Assembly (NCBI GenBank): GCA_003519485.1 | Contig: DOWQ01000313.1 | Span: 1 to 36,837, forward strand | DNA from: Streptomyces sp. | GTDB taxonomy: Bacteria > Actinomycetota > Actinomycetes > Streptomycetales > Streptomycetaceae | Reading direction: 5' to 3' | DNA: 36,837 nucleotides | Position numbers and translations under genes: made by a program | The notes under the pieces: model-generated | The model's database searches: none | The model's input: only the letters and a program-made list of their open reading frames with translations | What the model was told of the DNA's origin: nothing | In this document: piece by piece, positions 25,144 to 35,254 of the stretch | Numbering within the stretch: position 1 is the first letter of the stretch | Layout: each line of letters begins with the position of its first letter

Positions 25144-25527
25144 ATGAACGAGGAGGCCCGCGCCATGACCGCAGCCCGCAAGACCGAGCCCACGCCTGCC
25201 GACGCCCTGGAGACCGAGGCGGAGCAGGAAGAGATCAGCCCCTACGTGCCGATACCGATGTCCGGCCTCGACGACGTCACGAAGGAACTGCGGGCGCTGC
25301 CCGCCACCCGCTGGCGCGCGTCCGCTCTGCGGCTCCTGCGCACCGGTGACTTCGACGGTTTCATGGGCTCCATCGTCCACGAGGACGACTACGACACCTA
25401 CGTCGACCTGGACCCGGACCAGGAGCAGATCGGCGAGTTCGCCGACGCCTGCGCCGAGGCCGGAGCCGAGCCTCTGGGAAAGTCCAGTGGACCCAAGCGG
25501 TCCTCGAGGAGCACGCGGAGGCGATAG
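25144..25527 (+). CDS. Tail assembly chaperone (gpG-like; start may be 25165)
   Basis: Between major tail and tape measure; contains the slippery site G GGA AAG at 25476-25482. Confidence 0.85.
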   Translation: MNEEARAMTAARKTEPTPADALETEAEQEEISPYVPIPMSGLDDVTKELRALPATRWRASALRLLRTGDFDGFMGSIVHEDDYDTYVDLDPDQEQIGEFADACAEAGAEPLGKSSGPKRSSRSTRRR

Positions 25528-25931
25528 AGGCCGACCTCCTCGAGCGGGGCATCGACGTCCGGGACGTGCACCGTGGCCGGATGACGTGGCGCCGCCTGCG
25601 GGTCCTCATCCAGCACCTGCCGCCCGAGTCGCACACGATGACGGCGCTCCGCAACGCCCTGCCGGCGGACGAGTACGAGCGGCAGGCGGAGGGCGGGGAG
25701 CCGGAGCGGGGCCGCTGGTCGGTGGAGATGCAGATGCTGGCCGGCATCACGGACAGCCTGCGGCGACTGGAGTACATCCTCCTCGTCGCCAACTCCAGCG
25801 GTAAGGGCCCGAAGGTCAAGAAACCTGAGCCGATGCGCCGGCCGGGCGTGAGCGGTGCGGCGAAGAAGTCGGCGCTCACCGAGCAGAGCGCGAACACCCT
25901 CTTCCAGCTCATCAACGGCGGCGCGGCCTGA
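25476..25931 (+). CDS. Tail assembly chaperone extension (gpT-like, reached by -1 frameshift)
   Basis: The -1 frame reads GKVQWTQAVLEEHAEAIEADLLERGIDVRDVHRGRMTWRRLRVLIQHLPPES. Confidence 0.85.
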   Translation, partial: GKVQWTQAVLEEHAEAIEADLLERGIDVRDVHRGRMTWRRLRVLIQHLPPESHTMTALRNALPADEYERQAEGGEPERGRWSVEMQMLAGITDSLRRLEYILLVANSSGKGPKVKKPEPMRRPGVSGAAKKSALTEQSANTLFQLINGGAA

Positions 25932-25950
25932 CGCGCGGGAGGAGGCTCTC

Positions 25951-28900
25951 GTGGCGATCCAGGTCGGCTCTGTCGAGGTCGATGTCGTCCCCAACACCAG
26001 AGGGATATACACCGCGCTCCGGGCCGGGCTGGTGCCGGCAGCGACGCGGGCGGGCGAGGACGCGGGAAACGCCGCGGGTCGCTCGTTCGGGCCGGCGATG
26101 CGGTCGGAGGTCGGCAACGTCGGCCTCCAGATCGGCCAGCAGATCGGTCGGCAGATCGCGGCCAGCATCACCGCTGAGATCCGTGGCGCGATGCGGGACG
26201 GCATCACTCAGGGCGGCCGTCAGGCGCGGGCATCCGCCGTCCGTCAGGGCGACCAGACGGGCGGCGCTTTCTCGCGCGCCTTGAAGACGAGGCTCGAGGC
26301 GGCTTTCCGCTCCCTGCCGAAAATCAACATCGACGCGAACACCTCCGAAGCGGACGCGGACCTGCAAGCTCTGCGGGTCCGCATGGAGACCCTGGCGAAC
26401 CAGCGGATCGGCATCGACATTGATGCCGCCGCGGCGAAGGCCGAGATCAAGCTGATCGAGGCGGAGCTGACGCGGCTCGGCGCCTCCCACCCGAACGTGC
26501 AGGTCCGCGCCGATACGGCCGCGGCGCGGGCGGAGCTCGCCGCGGTGCGCGCGCAGATGGCCGCGATCGACGGGAACCGGGTCCGTGTCGACGTCGACAC
26601 GTCCGGCGCCCGCTCGGCGATTCTGCAGCTGACGGTGGCCCTCGCTGGTGTGGCGCTCCTTCCCGCCATCCCCGTGCTGGCCGCTGGCATCGGGTCCATC
26701 GCGTCGGCCGCCGTGTCGGCGTCGGTGGGCGTGGGCGCGCTGACCGCGGTCGCTGTCCCGGCGTTCCTCGACATCGGCAAGGCGCTGCAGGCGCAGAAGG
26801 CCGCGCAGGAGGCGACGACGACGGCCACTGGCCAGGGCGCCTCGCGGGCTCTGCAGATGGCGGGCGCCCAGCAGGCCCTGGCGGCGGCTCACCGGAACGC
26901 GTCCCGGCAGATCGGCCAGGCGGAGCAGGCCATCGGCGACGCGGTGCGCTCGTCGGCGGAGGCGAACCGGCAGGCCGCCCAGCAGGTGACGTCGGCGAAG
27001 AGGGCTCTGGCGTCCGCGGTCGAGCAGGCCGCGGACCGGCAGCAGGACGCGGTGGAACGGGTCGCGCAGGCGGAGGAGTCTCTCGCCGATGCGCAGCGCA
27101 CCGCCCGGCAGGCACAGCAGGATCTGACGCAGGCGCGCCGTGATGCGGCGCAGGAGCTCGCCGACCTCGCGGACCAGTTGGCGAACGCTCAGCTGTCCGA
27201 GCGGGATGCGGTCCTGGACGTCCAGGAGGCGCGGGCCGGCTTGCAGGCGGTGCAGGCCAAGGGCGCGTCGGCGTCTCTGCTGGAGCAGCAGCGCGCCCAG
27301 CTGGCCTACGACCGGGCTGTGCAGCGGTTGAAGGAGCAGCAGGCCGAGACGAAGTCCCTGTCGTCGGAGAAGAAGGCCGCGGACAAGGCGGGCGTTGAGG
27401 GCTCGGACCTTGTGAAGGCGGCGCAGGAGCGCATCGCCGAGGCGGAGAAGGGTGTCGCCGACCAGGGTAGGCAGTTGGCGAAGGCCCGGGACGATGCGGC
27501 CCGGCAGCAGATCCAGAACTCCCAGGACATTGCGGAGGCGCAGGGGAAGGTCGCCGAGTCGCAGCGCAACGTCAGCAAGGTGCAGGCGGACGGCGCCCGG
27601 TCGGTGCAGCGCGCCCAGGAGTCGCTGGCCGTGGCCCAGCAGTCTGCGGCTGATTCGATCGCCTCTGCTCAGCGTCAGGTTGCCTCCGCGTCGCAGTCTG
27701 CGGCCGGGGGAGTGAATCAGGCTGCCCTGGCGCAGGCGAAGTATCAGGCGGCTCTGGCGAAGATGACGCCCGCGGCCCGGGACACGTTCAATGCTTTCAC
27801 GTCGCTGCGGACGGCGTTCTCCGCTTGGTCGCGGAGTCTGCAGCCCACGGTGATGCCGATCTTCACGCGGGCTCTGATCGGCCTGAAGAACAGCCTGCCG
27901 GGGTTGACGCCGTTCGTGGAGGCCGCGGCGCGTGCGATCGGCGAGTTGCAGGACCGGGCGTCGCGCGGATTCAAGAGCCCGTGGTGGCTGCAGTTCAAGA
28001 AGGATCTGGCGGGCTCGATCGAGCCCGCGATCGTCGGCATGGGCGTTTCCTTCGGCCGGATCTTCAAGGGCATGGCCGGCATCGTGCAGGCCTTCTTCCC
28101 GCACATGGACTCGATCAGCAGCCGGATGCAGGAGATCACCGGCCGGTTCGCGAACTGGGGCACCGGCCTGAAGGGCAGCCCGGCGTTCGAGCGGTTCCTG
28201 GCCTACAGCGCGGACATGGCGCCGAAGCTGGGCCGGGCCCTGGGTGGCATCGGCTCGGCGTTCATGGAGGTCAGCCGTGCCCTGTCGCCGCTGTCGGGTC
28301 CGGTGCTGCAGGTGCTGGGCGCGATGGCCCTGGGTGTCGCGTCGATCGCGGAGAACCTGCCGTGGCTGATCCAGCTGCTCTACGCGGTGTGGATCGCGAC
28401 GAAGCTGTGGACGCTGGCGATGATCGCGTTCAACCTCGTGATGAGCGCGAACCCGATCACGCTCATCATCATCGGGATTGTCGCGCTGGTCGCAGCGGTC
28501 GTCTACGCGTACAAGAACTTCGCGTGGTTCCGGGACCTGGTACAGACGGTGTGGGGTGCGATCCAGACGGCGGCCCTGTGGGCGTGGAACAACGCGCTGA
28601 AGCCCGCCTTCGACGGCATCAAGGCGGCGTTGTCGGCGGTGGGCGCGGCCGCGTCGTGGCTGTGGAACACGGTCCTCAAGCCCGTTTTCAACTTCATCTC
28701 GACGGCGGCCCGCATCCTCGCGACGCTGCTGCTGACGATCGTTTTCACCCCGATCTACCTGGCTTTCAAGCTCGTGGGCGCTATCGCCTCGTGGCTGTGG
28801 AAGAACGCGATCGGCCCGGCTTTCCGGGGAATCGCGGCGGTCGCCCTGTGGGTGTGGAACAAGGGCATCAAGCCCAGCTTCGACAAGATCCGGCAGGGAA

Positions 28901-30534
28901 TCGGCTGGGTCGGCGACAAGCTGAAATGGCTGTGGAACACCATCTTCCGGCCCGTGTTCAACTTCATCGCCGACAAGGTGAAGTGGGTGTGGAACAACGG
29001 CATCAAGCCCAGCTTCGATCTGCTGAAGAAGGGCATCGGGTTCGTCGGCGACAAGGCCACCTGGCTGTGGGAGAAGGGCATCCGCCCGGTCTTCAACTTC
29101 ATCTCGGACAAGGCCGACTGGCTGTGGGGCAAGGCATTGAAGCCCGCATTCGACCTCATGAAGAAGGGCATCAAGGCGGTCGGCAATTCCTTCGAGGACG
29201 CGAAGGACTTCATCAAGAAGGCCTGGGACAAGGTCCAGGACATTGCGGAGAAGCCCGTCCGCTTCATCATCAACACCGTCTACAACAAGGGTATTGTCCC
29301 CGTCTGGAATAAGATCGCGGATGCTTTCGGTGCTTCGCCGTTGAAGAAGATGGACATCGGCGGCTGGGAGAGCGGCGGCATTCTCCCCGGCTACACGCCG
29401 GGCCGTGACCCGCACCAGTTCGTGTCGCCGACGGGCGGGCGGCTCGCCCTGTCCGGCGGTGAGGCCATCATGCGCCCGGAGTGGACTCGCGCGGTCGGCT
29501 CCGGCTTCGTCAACAGCATGAACCGGATCGCGTCGAGCCGCGGGGCGACGGGCGTGAAGGCGGCCTTGGCGCCGACGCTGGGCGGCAATCCGTCCACGTC
29601 GCAGCAGTTCGCGGACGGCGGGATCTTCTCGTGGATCGGGAAGAAGGCGGCGGGCGCGGGCTCCACCGTGTGGGACGCGGTGAAGAAGGGTGCCTCGTGG
29701 CTGAAGGACGGCCTCGAGTCGTCGGCACGGTCGGGCGTCAAGCACGTCGTCGACCCGCTGATGGCCAAGTTCCCGGGCGCCGACACCGGTTTCGGGAAAA
29801 TGGTCCGCAGAATTCCGACGAAGATCCTCGATTCGCTGTTCGGCTTCTCGAAGAAAGCGGACGACAAGGGCGCCGGCGGTCTCGGTGGCCCGCGAATACA
29901 GCGTGCCACGAAGTGGGCGCGCACCCAGCACGGCAAGCGGTACCAGTGGGGCGGCAACGGCAACCCGTCCTGGGACTGCTCCGGTTTCCTCTCCGCCATT
30001 GAGTCCGTCATCCGGGGGCAGAAGCCGCACCGCCGCTGGGCGACGATGGCATTCCGGGGCCGCAATGCCCCGCCCGGATGGAAGTTGAACGCCAAGTCGC
30101 CGTTCCAGATCGGCATCACGAACGCGGGTGTCGGTCACACCGCGGGCACCATCGGGAAGACGAATGTGGAGTCCCGTGGCGGCGACGGAGTTGTGGTGGG
30201 GAGGCGGGCTCGCAGCTACAACGCCGGGCTGTTCACTCACCGCTACGGATTCGAGCCCGGCAAATATGACTCCGGCGGCTACCTCCAGCCGGGAATGAAC
30301 CTGGCGTACAACGGCACGGGCCGGCCGGAGCCGGTATTCACGAGCAGTCAGGCCGCCGGCCTGGCGCGCATGGCGTCGGCCCCGGCGGGCGGCGGGTCGC
30401 TGGACGGGGCGCGTCTGCGCCTGGCGGTCGGCGACCGGGAGTTCGACGCGTACATCGAGGAGCTGGCGGATGGCCGGGTCGCGGTTCGTGACCGGCAGCT
30501 GGTGGACACCCTGCGGGCGGGAAGGAGGGGCTGA
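25951..30534 (+). CDS. Tape measure protein with C-terminal NlpC/P60-like domain
   Basis: GGAGGAGG RBS before GTG 25951; Ala/Gln coiled coils, TM stretch ANPITLIIIGIVALVAA, Trp-periodic repeats, YQWGGNGNPSWDCSGF...GHTAG. Confidence 0.93.
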   Translation: MAIQVGSVEVDVVPNTRGIYTALRAGLVPAATRAGEDAGNAAGRSFGPAMRSEVGNVGLQIGQQIGRQIAASITAEIRGAMRDGITQGGRQARASAVRQGDQTGGAFSRALKTRLEAAFRSLPKINIDANTSEADADLQALRVRMETLANQRIGIDIDAAAAKAEIKLIEAELTRLGASHPNVQVRADTAAARAELAAVRAQMAAIDGNRVRVDVDTSGARSAILQLTVALAGVALLPAIPVLAAGIGSIASAAVSASVGVGALTAVAVPAFLDIGKALQAQKAAQEATTTATGQGASRALQMAGAQQALAAAHRNASRQIGQAEQAIGDAVRSSAEANRQAAQQVTSAKRALASAVEQAADRQQDAVERVAQAEESLADAQRTARQAQQDLTQARRDAAQELADLADQLANAQLSERDAVLDVQEARAGLQAVQAKGASASLLEQQRAQLAYDRAVQRLKEQQAETKSLSSEKKAADKAGVEGSDLVKAAQERIAEAEKGVADQGRQLAKARDDAARQQIQNSQDIAEAQGKVAESQRNVSKVQADGARSVQRAQESLAVAQQSAADSIASAQRQVASASQSAAGGVNQAALAQAKYQAALAKMTPAARDTFNAFTSLRTAFSAWSRSLQPTVMPIFTRALIGLKNSLPGLTPFVEAAARAIGELQDRASRGFKSPWWLQFKKDLAGSIEPAIVGMGVSFGRIFKGMAGIVQAFFPHMDSISSRMQEITGRFANWGTGLKGSPAFERFLAYSADMAPKLGRALGGIGSAFMEVSRALSPLSGPVLQVLGAMALGVASIAENLPWLIQLLYAVWIATKLWTLAMIAFNLVMSANPITLIIIGIVALVAAVVYAYKNFAWFRDLVQTVWGAIQTAALWAWNNALKPAFDGIKAALSAVGAAASWLWNTVLKPVFNFISTAARILATLLLTIVFTPIYLAFKLVGAIASWLWKNAIGPAFRGIAAVALWVWNKGIKPSFDKIRQGIGWVGDKLKWLWNTIFRPVFNFIADKVKWVWNNGIKPSFDLLKKGIGFVGDKATWLWEKGIRPVFNFISDKADWLWGKALKPAFDLMKKGIKAVGNSFEDAKDFIKKAWDKVQDIAEKPVRFIINTVYNKGIVPVWNKIADAFGASPLKKMDIGGWESGGILPGYTPGRDPHQFVSPTGGRLALSGGEAIMRPEWTRAVGSGFVNSMNRIASSRGATGVKAALAPTLGGNPSTSQQFADGGIFSWIGKKAAGAGSTVWDAVKKGASWLKDGLESSARSGVKHVVDPLMAKFPGADTGFGKMVRRIPTKILDSLFGFSKKADDKGAGGLGGPRIQRATKWARTQHGKRYQWGGNGNPSWDCSGFLSAIESVIRGQKPHRRWATMAFRGRNAPPGWKLNAKSPFQIGITNAGVGHTAGTIGKTNVESRGGDGVVVGRRARSYNAGLFTHRYGFEPGKYDSGGYLQPGMNLAYNGTGRPEPVFTSSQAAGLARMASAPAGGGSLDGARLRLAVGDREFDAYIEELADGRVAVRDRQLVDTLRAGRRG

Positions 30535-30537
30535 CCT

Positions 30538-32772
30538 GTGGCGATTCCGGGGAACATGCTGTCGCTGACCACGGAGATGGTCGACCCGAACACGTCCGGC
30601 TGGACGTCTCACCTGAACTGCACGCTGAAGCTGGGCGGCGGCGGCCGGAACGGCGACGGATGCCTTGAGTTGAAGAGTGCCGCGGCGGGCGAGATGCAGG
30701 CACGAACCGTGTCGTCGTATCCGGTGATCGAGGGCACCGTCTACCAGATACTGGCGGACGCGTCTGCCTCAGCGCAGCCCGAGCGGGTCGGTATCCGGTG
30801 GTTGGATGAGGCGAACGCCGAGATCAGTGTCACCTGGTCGCTGACGACGTCGACGGCTTCGGTGACGTGGCACCGGGTGGGCGTGGCGGGCGCCGCCCCG
30901 TCGGGGGCGGTCCGCGCGCAGGTGCTCTTGTCCGCGACGCCGACCGCGGCTGCCGTCGTGCACTACTTCGAGAACGTGTATCTCGGCCTGCCGGTTCGGG
31001 TCGCCGGCAATCTGGTGCCCTTCTCGGTCGAGCAGGCCGAGCTCGACACCATCCTGTGGACCGGGGAGACCAACGCCACCCTGTCCCGCGAGCTGCCGGC
31101 CGTGTCGTGGGGGTCGACGAACTACACGGCCGGCGGGCATGTGCTCGCTATCACCGCGGCGGCGGCCGGGGCGTTCGCGGCGAGCACGACCGGCCGGTTC
31201 CCGGCCACCGCGGGCATCGACTATCTCTCGATGTGCTACCTCAACCCGCCGGCGTCGGGCACCGCCGCGGCGTGGATCGAGCTGCGGTTCCATGACGAGG
31301 CGGGCGTGCAGCTCGCCGCGCACCGATCGCAGCTCGAATCGTCGGGCACGGGCTGGTACCGGCAGCGGGCGGCGGGCACCGCGCCTGCCGACACCGCTTC
31401 GTGCAGCGTCGCGGTGGGCCGGGATACCAGCAGCGCCGGACAGATGCTGCGGCTCGACGAGGTGTCGGTTCTCCCCAACCCGCTCATGGCTGAGCTGGGG
31501 ACGGTCGTGCCGTATGCCGACTACAGCTTCGAGCAGGGCGTGGGCGCGTGGACGGTCGCCAGCGGTGTGGCCACCCTCGCCCGCACGACCCCGTGGGGCG
31601 CCCAGAGTTACTTCGGCAGCTACGCGCTGGCGATCACCTCTTCCACGGCCACGTCGAGCCGGATCCAATCGGCCCGGTACCCGGTCACCGAGCTTCAGTC
31701 GTGGCGCCCCAGGATCGTCACCAAGGTCGGCGCCGGAGGGTGGACGGTCGCGCCCGAGATCCGCTGGTTCGACGCCGCCGGGACGGAGCTATCCCTGTCC
31801 GGGACTCTCGCTCAGGCGGTCCCGGCGGACAGCAGCTGGTGGTCCGTCAGTGCCGACCTGGAGGCGCCCGCCGGGGCGGTGACCGCCCAGGTCGAGTACG
31901 TGCTGACAGCCACAGCCGTCTCCTCCACGCTCTACGCGGACGGGGTATCGCTGCAGCAGCTGCTGCCGCTGGTCGACACGGAAGCGCACGACGACCTCGG
32001 CATGGCGACACTGACGCTCCGCGAGCTGGACCCGGGCGACGCGATCACCGTCTACCGGGAGGTGGGCGGGCAGCGGACCCTGGTGCGCGGCCCTGACGGG
32101 CTCCTCGACGGCCAGGTCGTCACGAGCGAGATCATGGTCATCGAGGACTATGAGGCGCCGCTCGGCGTGCCCCTCCGGTACCGGATCGAGCTTCGCGGCG
32201 CGGGCGCGGTCATCCCGGACACGCGGGCATCCGGCCTGGCCACCATCGAGCCGGGCAGCATCAACGAGGCGTGGCTGAAGGACCCGTCCAACCCGCACCG
32301 GAACATGCGGGTCGTCATGGCGGCGACGCCCGTCTGGCAGCGGCCCATCCCGCAGGCTGCGTACCGTATTCGCGGCCGCCGCAACCCGGTCGTCCACTCC
32401 GATGTGCGCGGCGGGCTCGAGGGCGATCTCACCGTCTGGACCCGCAGCGACGCCGAAACCGAGGCCCTCAACTGGCTCCTCGACTCCGGGAACATCCTGC
32501 TGTGGCAGGTCGGGCCCAATCTCCACGAGACCGACATGTACATCAACGTCGGCGAAGTCGGCCTGCCGCGGCTCGTGCCGCGCGTGGACGAGGCGTGGCG
32601 CGTGTGGACCCTCCCGTCCACTCAGGTCGACATGCCCGCCACCGCCGGAGTCAACGGCAGCACGGGCCGCACCTGGCAGGACCTGCTGTCCGAGTTCGGC
32701 ACCTGGGGCGACGTGGCAGCCGCCTACGCCACCTGGGAAGACGTGCTCCTCGGCAACCGGATCGGAGGCTGA
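30538..32772 (+). CDS. Distal tail (Dit-like) protein with repeated carbohydrate-binding-like modules
   Basis: Follows the TMP; three ~160-aa beta-rich repeats (IRWLD/ELRFHD/IRWFD...AP.GA); C-terminal WLKDP..P...IRGRRNPVV.SDVR. Confidence 0.75.
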   Translation: MAIPGNMLSLTTEMVDPNTSGWTSHLNCTLKLGGGGRNGDGCLELKSAAAGEMQARTVSSYPVIEGTVYQILADASASAQPERVGIRWLDEANAEISVTWSLTTSTASVTWHRVGVAGAAPSGAVRAQVLLSATPTAAAVVHYFENVYLGLPVRVAGNLVPFSVEQAELDTILWTGETNATLSRELPAVSWGSTNYTAGGHVLAITAAAAGAFAASTTGRFPATAGIDYLSMCYLNPPASGTAAAWIELRFHDEAGVQLAAHRSQLESSGTGWYRQRAAGTAPADTASCSVAVGRDTSSAGQMLRLDEVSVLPNPLMAELGTVVPYADYSFEQGVGAWTVASGVATLARTTPWGAQSYFGSYALAITSSTATSSRIQSARYPVTELQSWRPRIVTKVGAGGWTVAPEIRWFDAAGTELSLSGTLAQAVPADSSWWSVSADLEAPAGAVTAQVEYVLTATAVSSTLYADGVSLQQLLPLVDTEAHDDLGMATLTLRELDPGDAITVYREVGGQRTLVRGPDGLLDGQVVTSEIMVIEDYEAPLGVPLRYRIELRGAGAVIPDTRASGLATIEPGSINEAWLKDPSNPHRNMRVVMAATPVWQRPIPQAAYRIRGRRNPVVHSDVRGGLEGDLTVWTRSDAETEALNWLLDSGNILLWQVGPNLHETDMYINVGEVGLPRLVPRVDEAWRVWTLPSTQVDMPATAGVNGSTGRTWQDLLSEFGTWGDVAAAYATWEDVLLGNRIGG

Positions 32773-32776
32773 CGTC

Positions 32777-33868
32777 GTGTATCCGGTCAGCAGCCGCTTC
32801 CTGCCGGCCCTCGCCGAGCCCCACACGCCCGTCACCGAGGTCTACCTTTTCCGCACCGACGGATCCACGCTGCCGCTGGAGCACACCGGGGGGAGCGTGC
32901 CCGTCGACCGCGGGCAGGCCATCCGCCGCACCTGCACCGTCACCTCGGCGGATCTGTCCCTCATCCCGCGGACCGCCGCCCAGAAGCTCGACCTCTACGG
33001 CGGCCGGCTCCACATCCGGCGCGGCATCCGCTACGCCGACGGCACCAGCGAGACGGTGCCCCTGGGCGTTTTCCGACTGGACAGCATCGAAGGCGATCCC
33101 GACGAAGGCCCCGTCACTCTCACCGGCCAGGACCTGTCGGCTTGCGTCGCCGACGACAAATTCACCGCCCCGTACAAGGCGAGCGGCACAGCAGTCGGCG
33201 CGATCGCCGCACTCATCCAGCGGTCCCTCCCCGACGCCGTGGTCGTCAACCGCGCGACCGATGCCGCCATCGGGGCGCGGACCTTCGACATCGAAGCCGA
33301 CCCGTGGGAAGGCGTGCAAGAGGTCGCCGCCGCCATCGGGGCCGAGGTGTACGCCGACCCTGATGGCATCTTCGTCATCGCCGCCCTGCCCGACCTGCTG
33401 ACCACGGCCCCCGTGTGGACCGTGGACGCCGGCGAGCACGGCACGCTCATCTCCGCCGCGCGCGGCATGAGCAGCGCCGGGGTCCACAACGGCGTTCTCG
33501 CCCGCGGCGACAACACTTCCTCCGCGACCGCCCCCGTGTCCTGGTTGGCCGTGGACGAGGATCCGGACAGCCCCACCTACTGGTACGGGCCCTACGGGCG
33601 GCGGCCCGCGTTCTACTCCTCCAGCACGCTGACCACCGAAAACGCGTGCGCGCAGGCCGCGAACCTCAAGCTGAAAGCGGCCAGGGCGCCGAACGCGACC
33701 GGCGACATCTCCAGCCTGCCCAACCCCGCGCTGGAACCCGGCGACGTCCTGCGCGTCGTGTACGGCGACGGGGTCCGCGACCTCCACCAGGCCGCGAGCT
33801 TCACCGTGTCACTGGACCTCGGCGGCGAATTCCCCATCGCCACCATCTCCGCCAAGGAGGACGCGTGA
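32777..33868 (+). CDS. Minor tail/baseplate hub protein (DUF5047-like)
   Basis: GGAGG RBS; YPVSSRFL..L...H; GGSV.VDRGQAIRRTC; VPLGVFR; PNPALEPGDV. Confidence 0.8.
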   Translation: MYPVSSRFLPALAEPHTPVTEVYLFRTDGSTLPLEHTGGSVPVDRGQAIRRTCTVTSADLSLIPRTAAQKLDLYGGRLHIRRGIRYADGTSETVPLGVFRLDSIEGDPDEGPVTLTGQDLSACVADDKFTAPYKASGTAVGAIAALIQRSLPDAVVVNRATDAAIGARTFDIEADPWEGVQEVAAAIGAEVYADPDGIFVIAALPDLLTTAPVWTVDAGEHGTLISAARGMSSAGVHNGVLARGDNTSSATAPVSWLAVDEDPDSPTYWYGPYGRRPAFYSSSTLTTENACAQAANLKLKAARAPNATGDISSLPNPALEPGDVLRVVYGDGVRDLHQAASFTVSLDLGGEFPIATISAKEDA

Positions 33869-34473
33869 GCAGCGGACTGAGCACCTCGCACACCAGCGTC
33901 CGGCGCCTCGCCGACGCCCTCATGACCGGCGGGGAAGAGCGGGCCGCGGCCTCACCTCGGGTCCGCGGCGCGGACTGGCGCCAAGCCGTCGTCGCCTCCG
34001 TACTGACGGATGGCACCGTCACCACCACCGACGGCATCACCGCCCGCCGGATGGACAGCTACCAGTACCCCGCCGCCGGCGACCTCATCATCATCAGCAT
34101 CTCCAGCTCCGGCAGCTGGATCGCGGCCGGCCGCCTCGCACCCGCGACCGGCACCGGATGGCAGCTCCCCACTCTGCTCTCACCGTGGGTCGACTACGGC
34201 GGCGCCTACCAGCGGGTCCGCTACCGGCGCCAAGGCGGCGAAGCCGTCATCGAGGGCGTCGTGAAGACCACGGCGACAGTGTCCGGGACGGTCACCATCT
34301 TCACCCTTCCCGCCGGATACCGGCCCCCGCTCAACCTCGTCACGGCTCAGATGACGGGCGGCGACACTGCGCGCCAGGTGAACGTGCGCGACACCGGCGC
34401 CGTCGACGCGATGAGCCTGCCCGCGGGATCCCTCTCCTTCCTGTCCCTCAACCTTCGCTTCGCACTCTCTTAG
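33865..34473 (+). CDS. Minor tail protein
   Basis: AAGGAGG RBS; ADWRQAVVASV..DGTV; C-terminal IFTLPAGYRP (Siphoviridae tail-fibre-like). Confidence 0.78.
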   Translation: MSSGLSTSHTSVRRLADALMTGGEERAAASPRVRGADWRQAVVASVLTDGTVTTTDGITARRMDSYQYPAAGDLIIISISSSGSWIAAGRLAPATGTGWQLPTLLSPWVDYGGAYQRVRYRRQGGEAVIEGVVKTTATVSGTVTIFTLPAGYRPPLNLVTAQMTGGDTARQVNVRDTGAVDAMSLPAGSLSFLSLNLRFALS

Positions 34474-34481
34474 GAGAACCT

Positions 34482-35105
34482 GTGCCCACCCAGGACAGCT
34501 ACGGCCAGGGCATCAACATCGCGGCCCTCACCGACGCCCCGGACGCCGAGAAGCTCGTCAAGGGCATCACCGACGAGCTCGTGCCCCGCGCCAACATGCG
34601 CTTCGCGTCCGCCACCGAGCGCAACGCTACGATCACCTCGCCCGTCGCCGGGATGGAGGCGTGGCTGGAGGCCGAGGGGCTGAAGACCACCTACGACGGG
34701 TCGGCGTGGGTGGTCAGCGCATCCGGCACCAACGCGTGGACGACGGTCGGCCTCCCGGCCGGCTTCACCCACAACGGGAACAGCAACGGCGACTTCCAGT
34801 ACCGGATCGTCAACCTCTTCGGCGAGGTGTCGATGATGCTGCGGGGCGCGGTCGGCGTCACCTACGCGGGCACGGACATCCCCAACGGCGGCGTCCTCAA
34901 CACCGTGGCCTTGCCCGTCTCGGCCCGGCCTCTCAGTCTGCGCACCATCGTCGTGCCCTGCTCCGACGTCTCGTCGGTCCGTATCACCCTGAAGCTCGAC
35001 ATTCAGACCGGCGGCTTCCTCAAGATCTACGGCACCGGCGGCGGTGCCGAGGGCACGACGACCCCGCCGTGGATCGGATTCAACGGCTGCTTCACCAGCC
35101 TCTGA
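34482..35105 (+). CDS. Minor tail protein
   Basis: AGGAG RBS; MRFASATERNATITSPVAGMEAWL...YDGSAW; LPVSARP. Confidence 0.78.
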   Translation: MPTQDSYGQGINIAALTDAPDAEKLVKGITDELVPRANMRFASATERNATITSPVAGMEAWLEAEGLKTTYDGSAWVVSASGTNAWTTVGLPAGFTHNGNSNGDFQYRIVNLFGEVSMMLRGAVGVTYAGTDIPNGGVLNTVALPVSARPLSLRTIVVPCSDVSSVRITLKLDIQTGGFLKIYGTGGGAEGTTTPPWIGFNGCFTSL

Positions 35106-35109
35106 CCTG

Positions 35110-35220
35110 CTCACCATTACCACCACGAACCCGACCGGCGGTGGCGTGCTGTACACCGAGGGCGGTGCCCTGAAATGGCGCGGCAGTGCCGGCACCGTCA
35201 CCACCATCGCACCCGCCTGA
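35110..35220 (+). pseudogene. Start-less remnant of a tail fibre/spike C-terminus
   Basis: TTNPTGGGVLYTEGGALKWRGSAGTVTTIAPA* in a frame distinct from both neighbours, with no RBS or start. Confidence 0.55.
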
Positions 35221-35254
35221 CATGCCCATCTGCCGCGCTTTCGAGGAGTTTCCT

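Noticed and set aside
28540-29230. Repeated DNA/peptide units (WLWN..IKP.F..I)
   Set aside because: Ordinary Trp-periodic repeats of tape measure proteins.
25912-30612. 1566-aa minus-strand ORF and other long antisense ORFs (e.g. 8233..9987, 6685..8223, 1434..2705)
   Set aside because: Shadow ORFs from high GC3 codon bias opposite clear plus-strand genes; no motifs.
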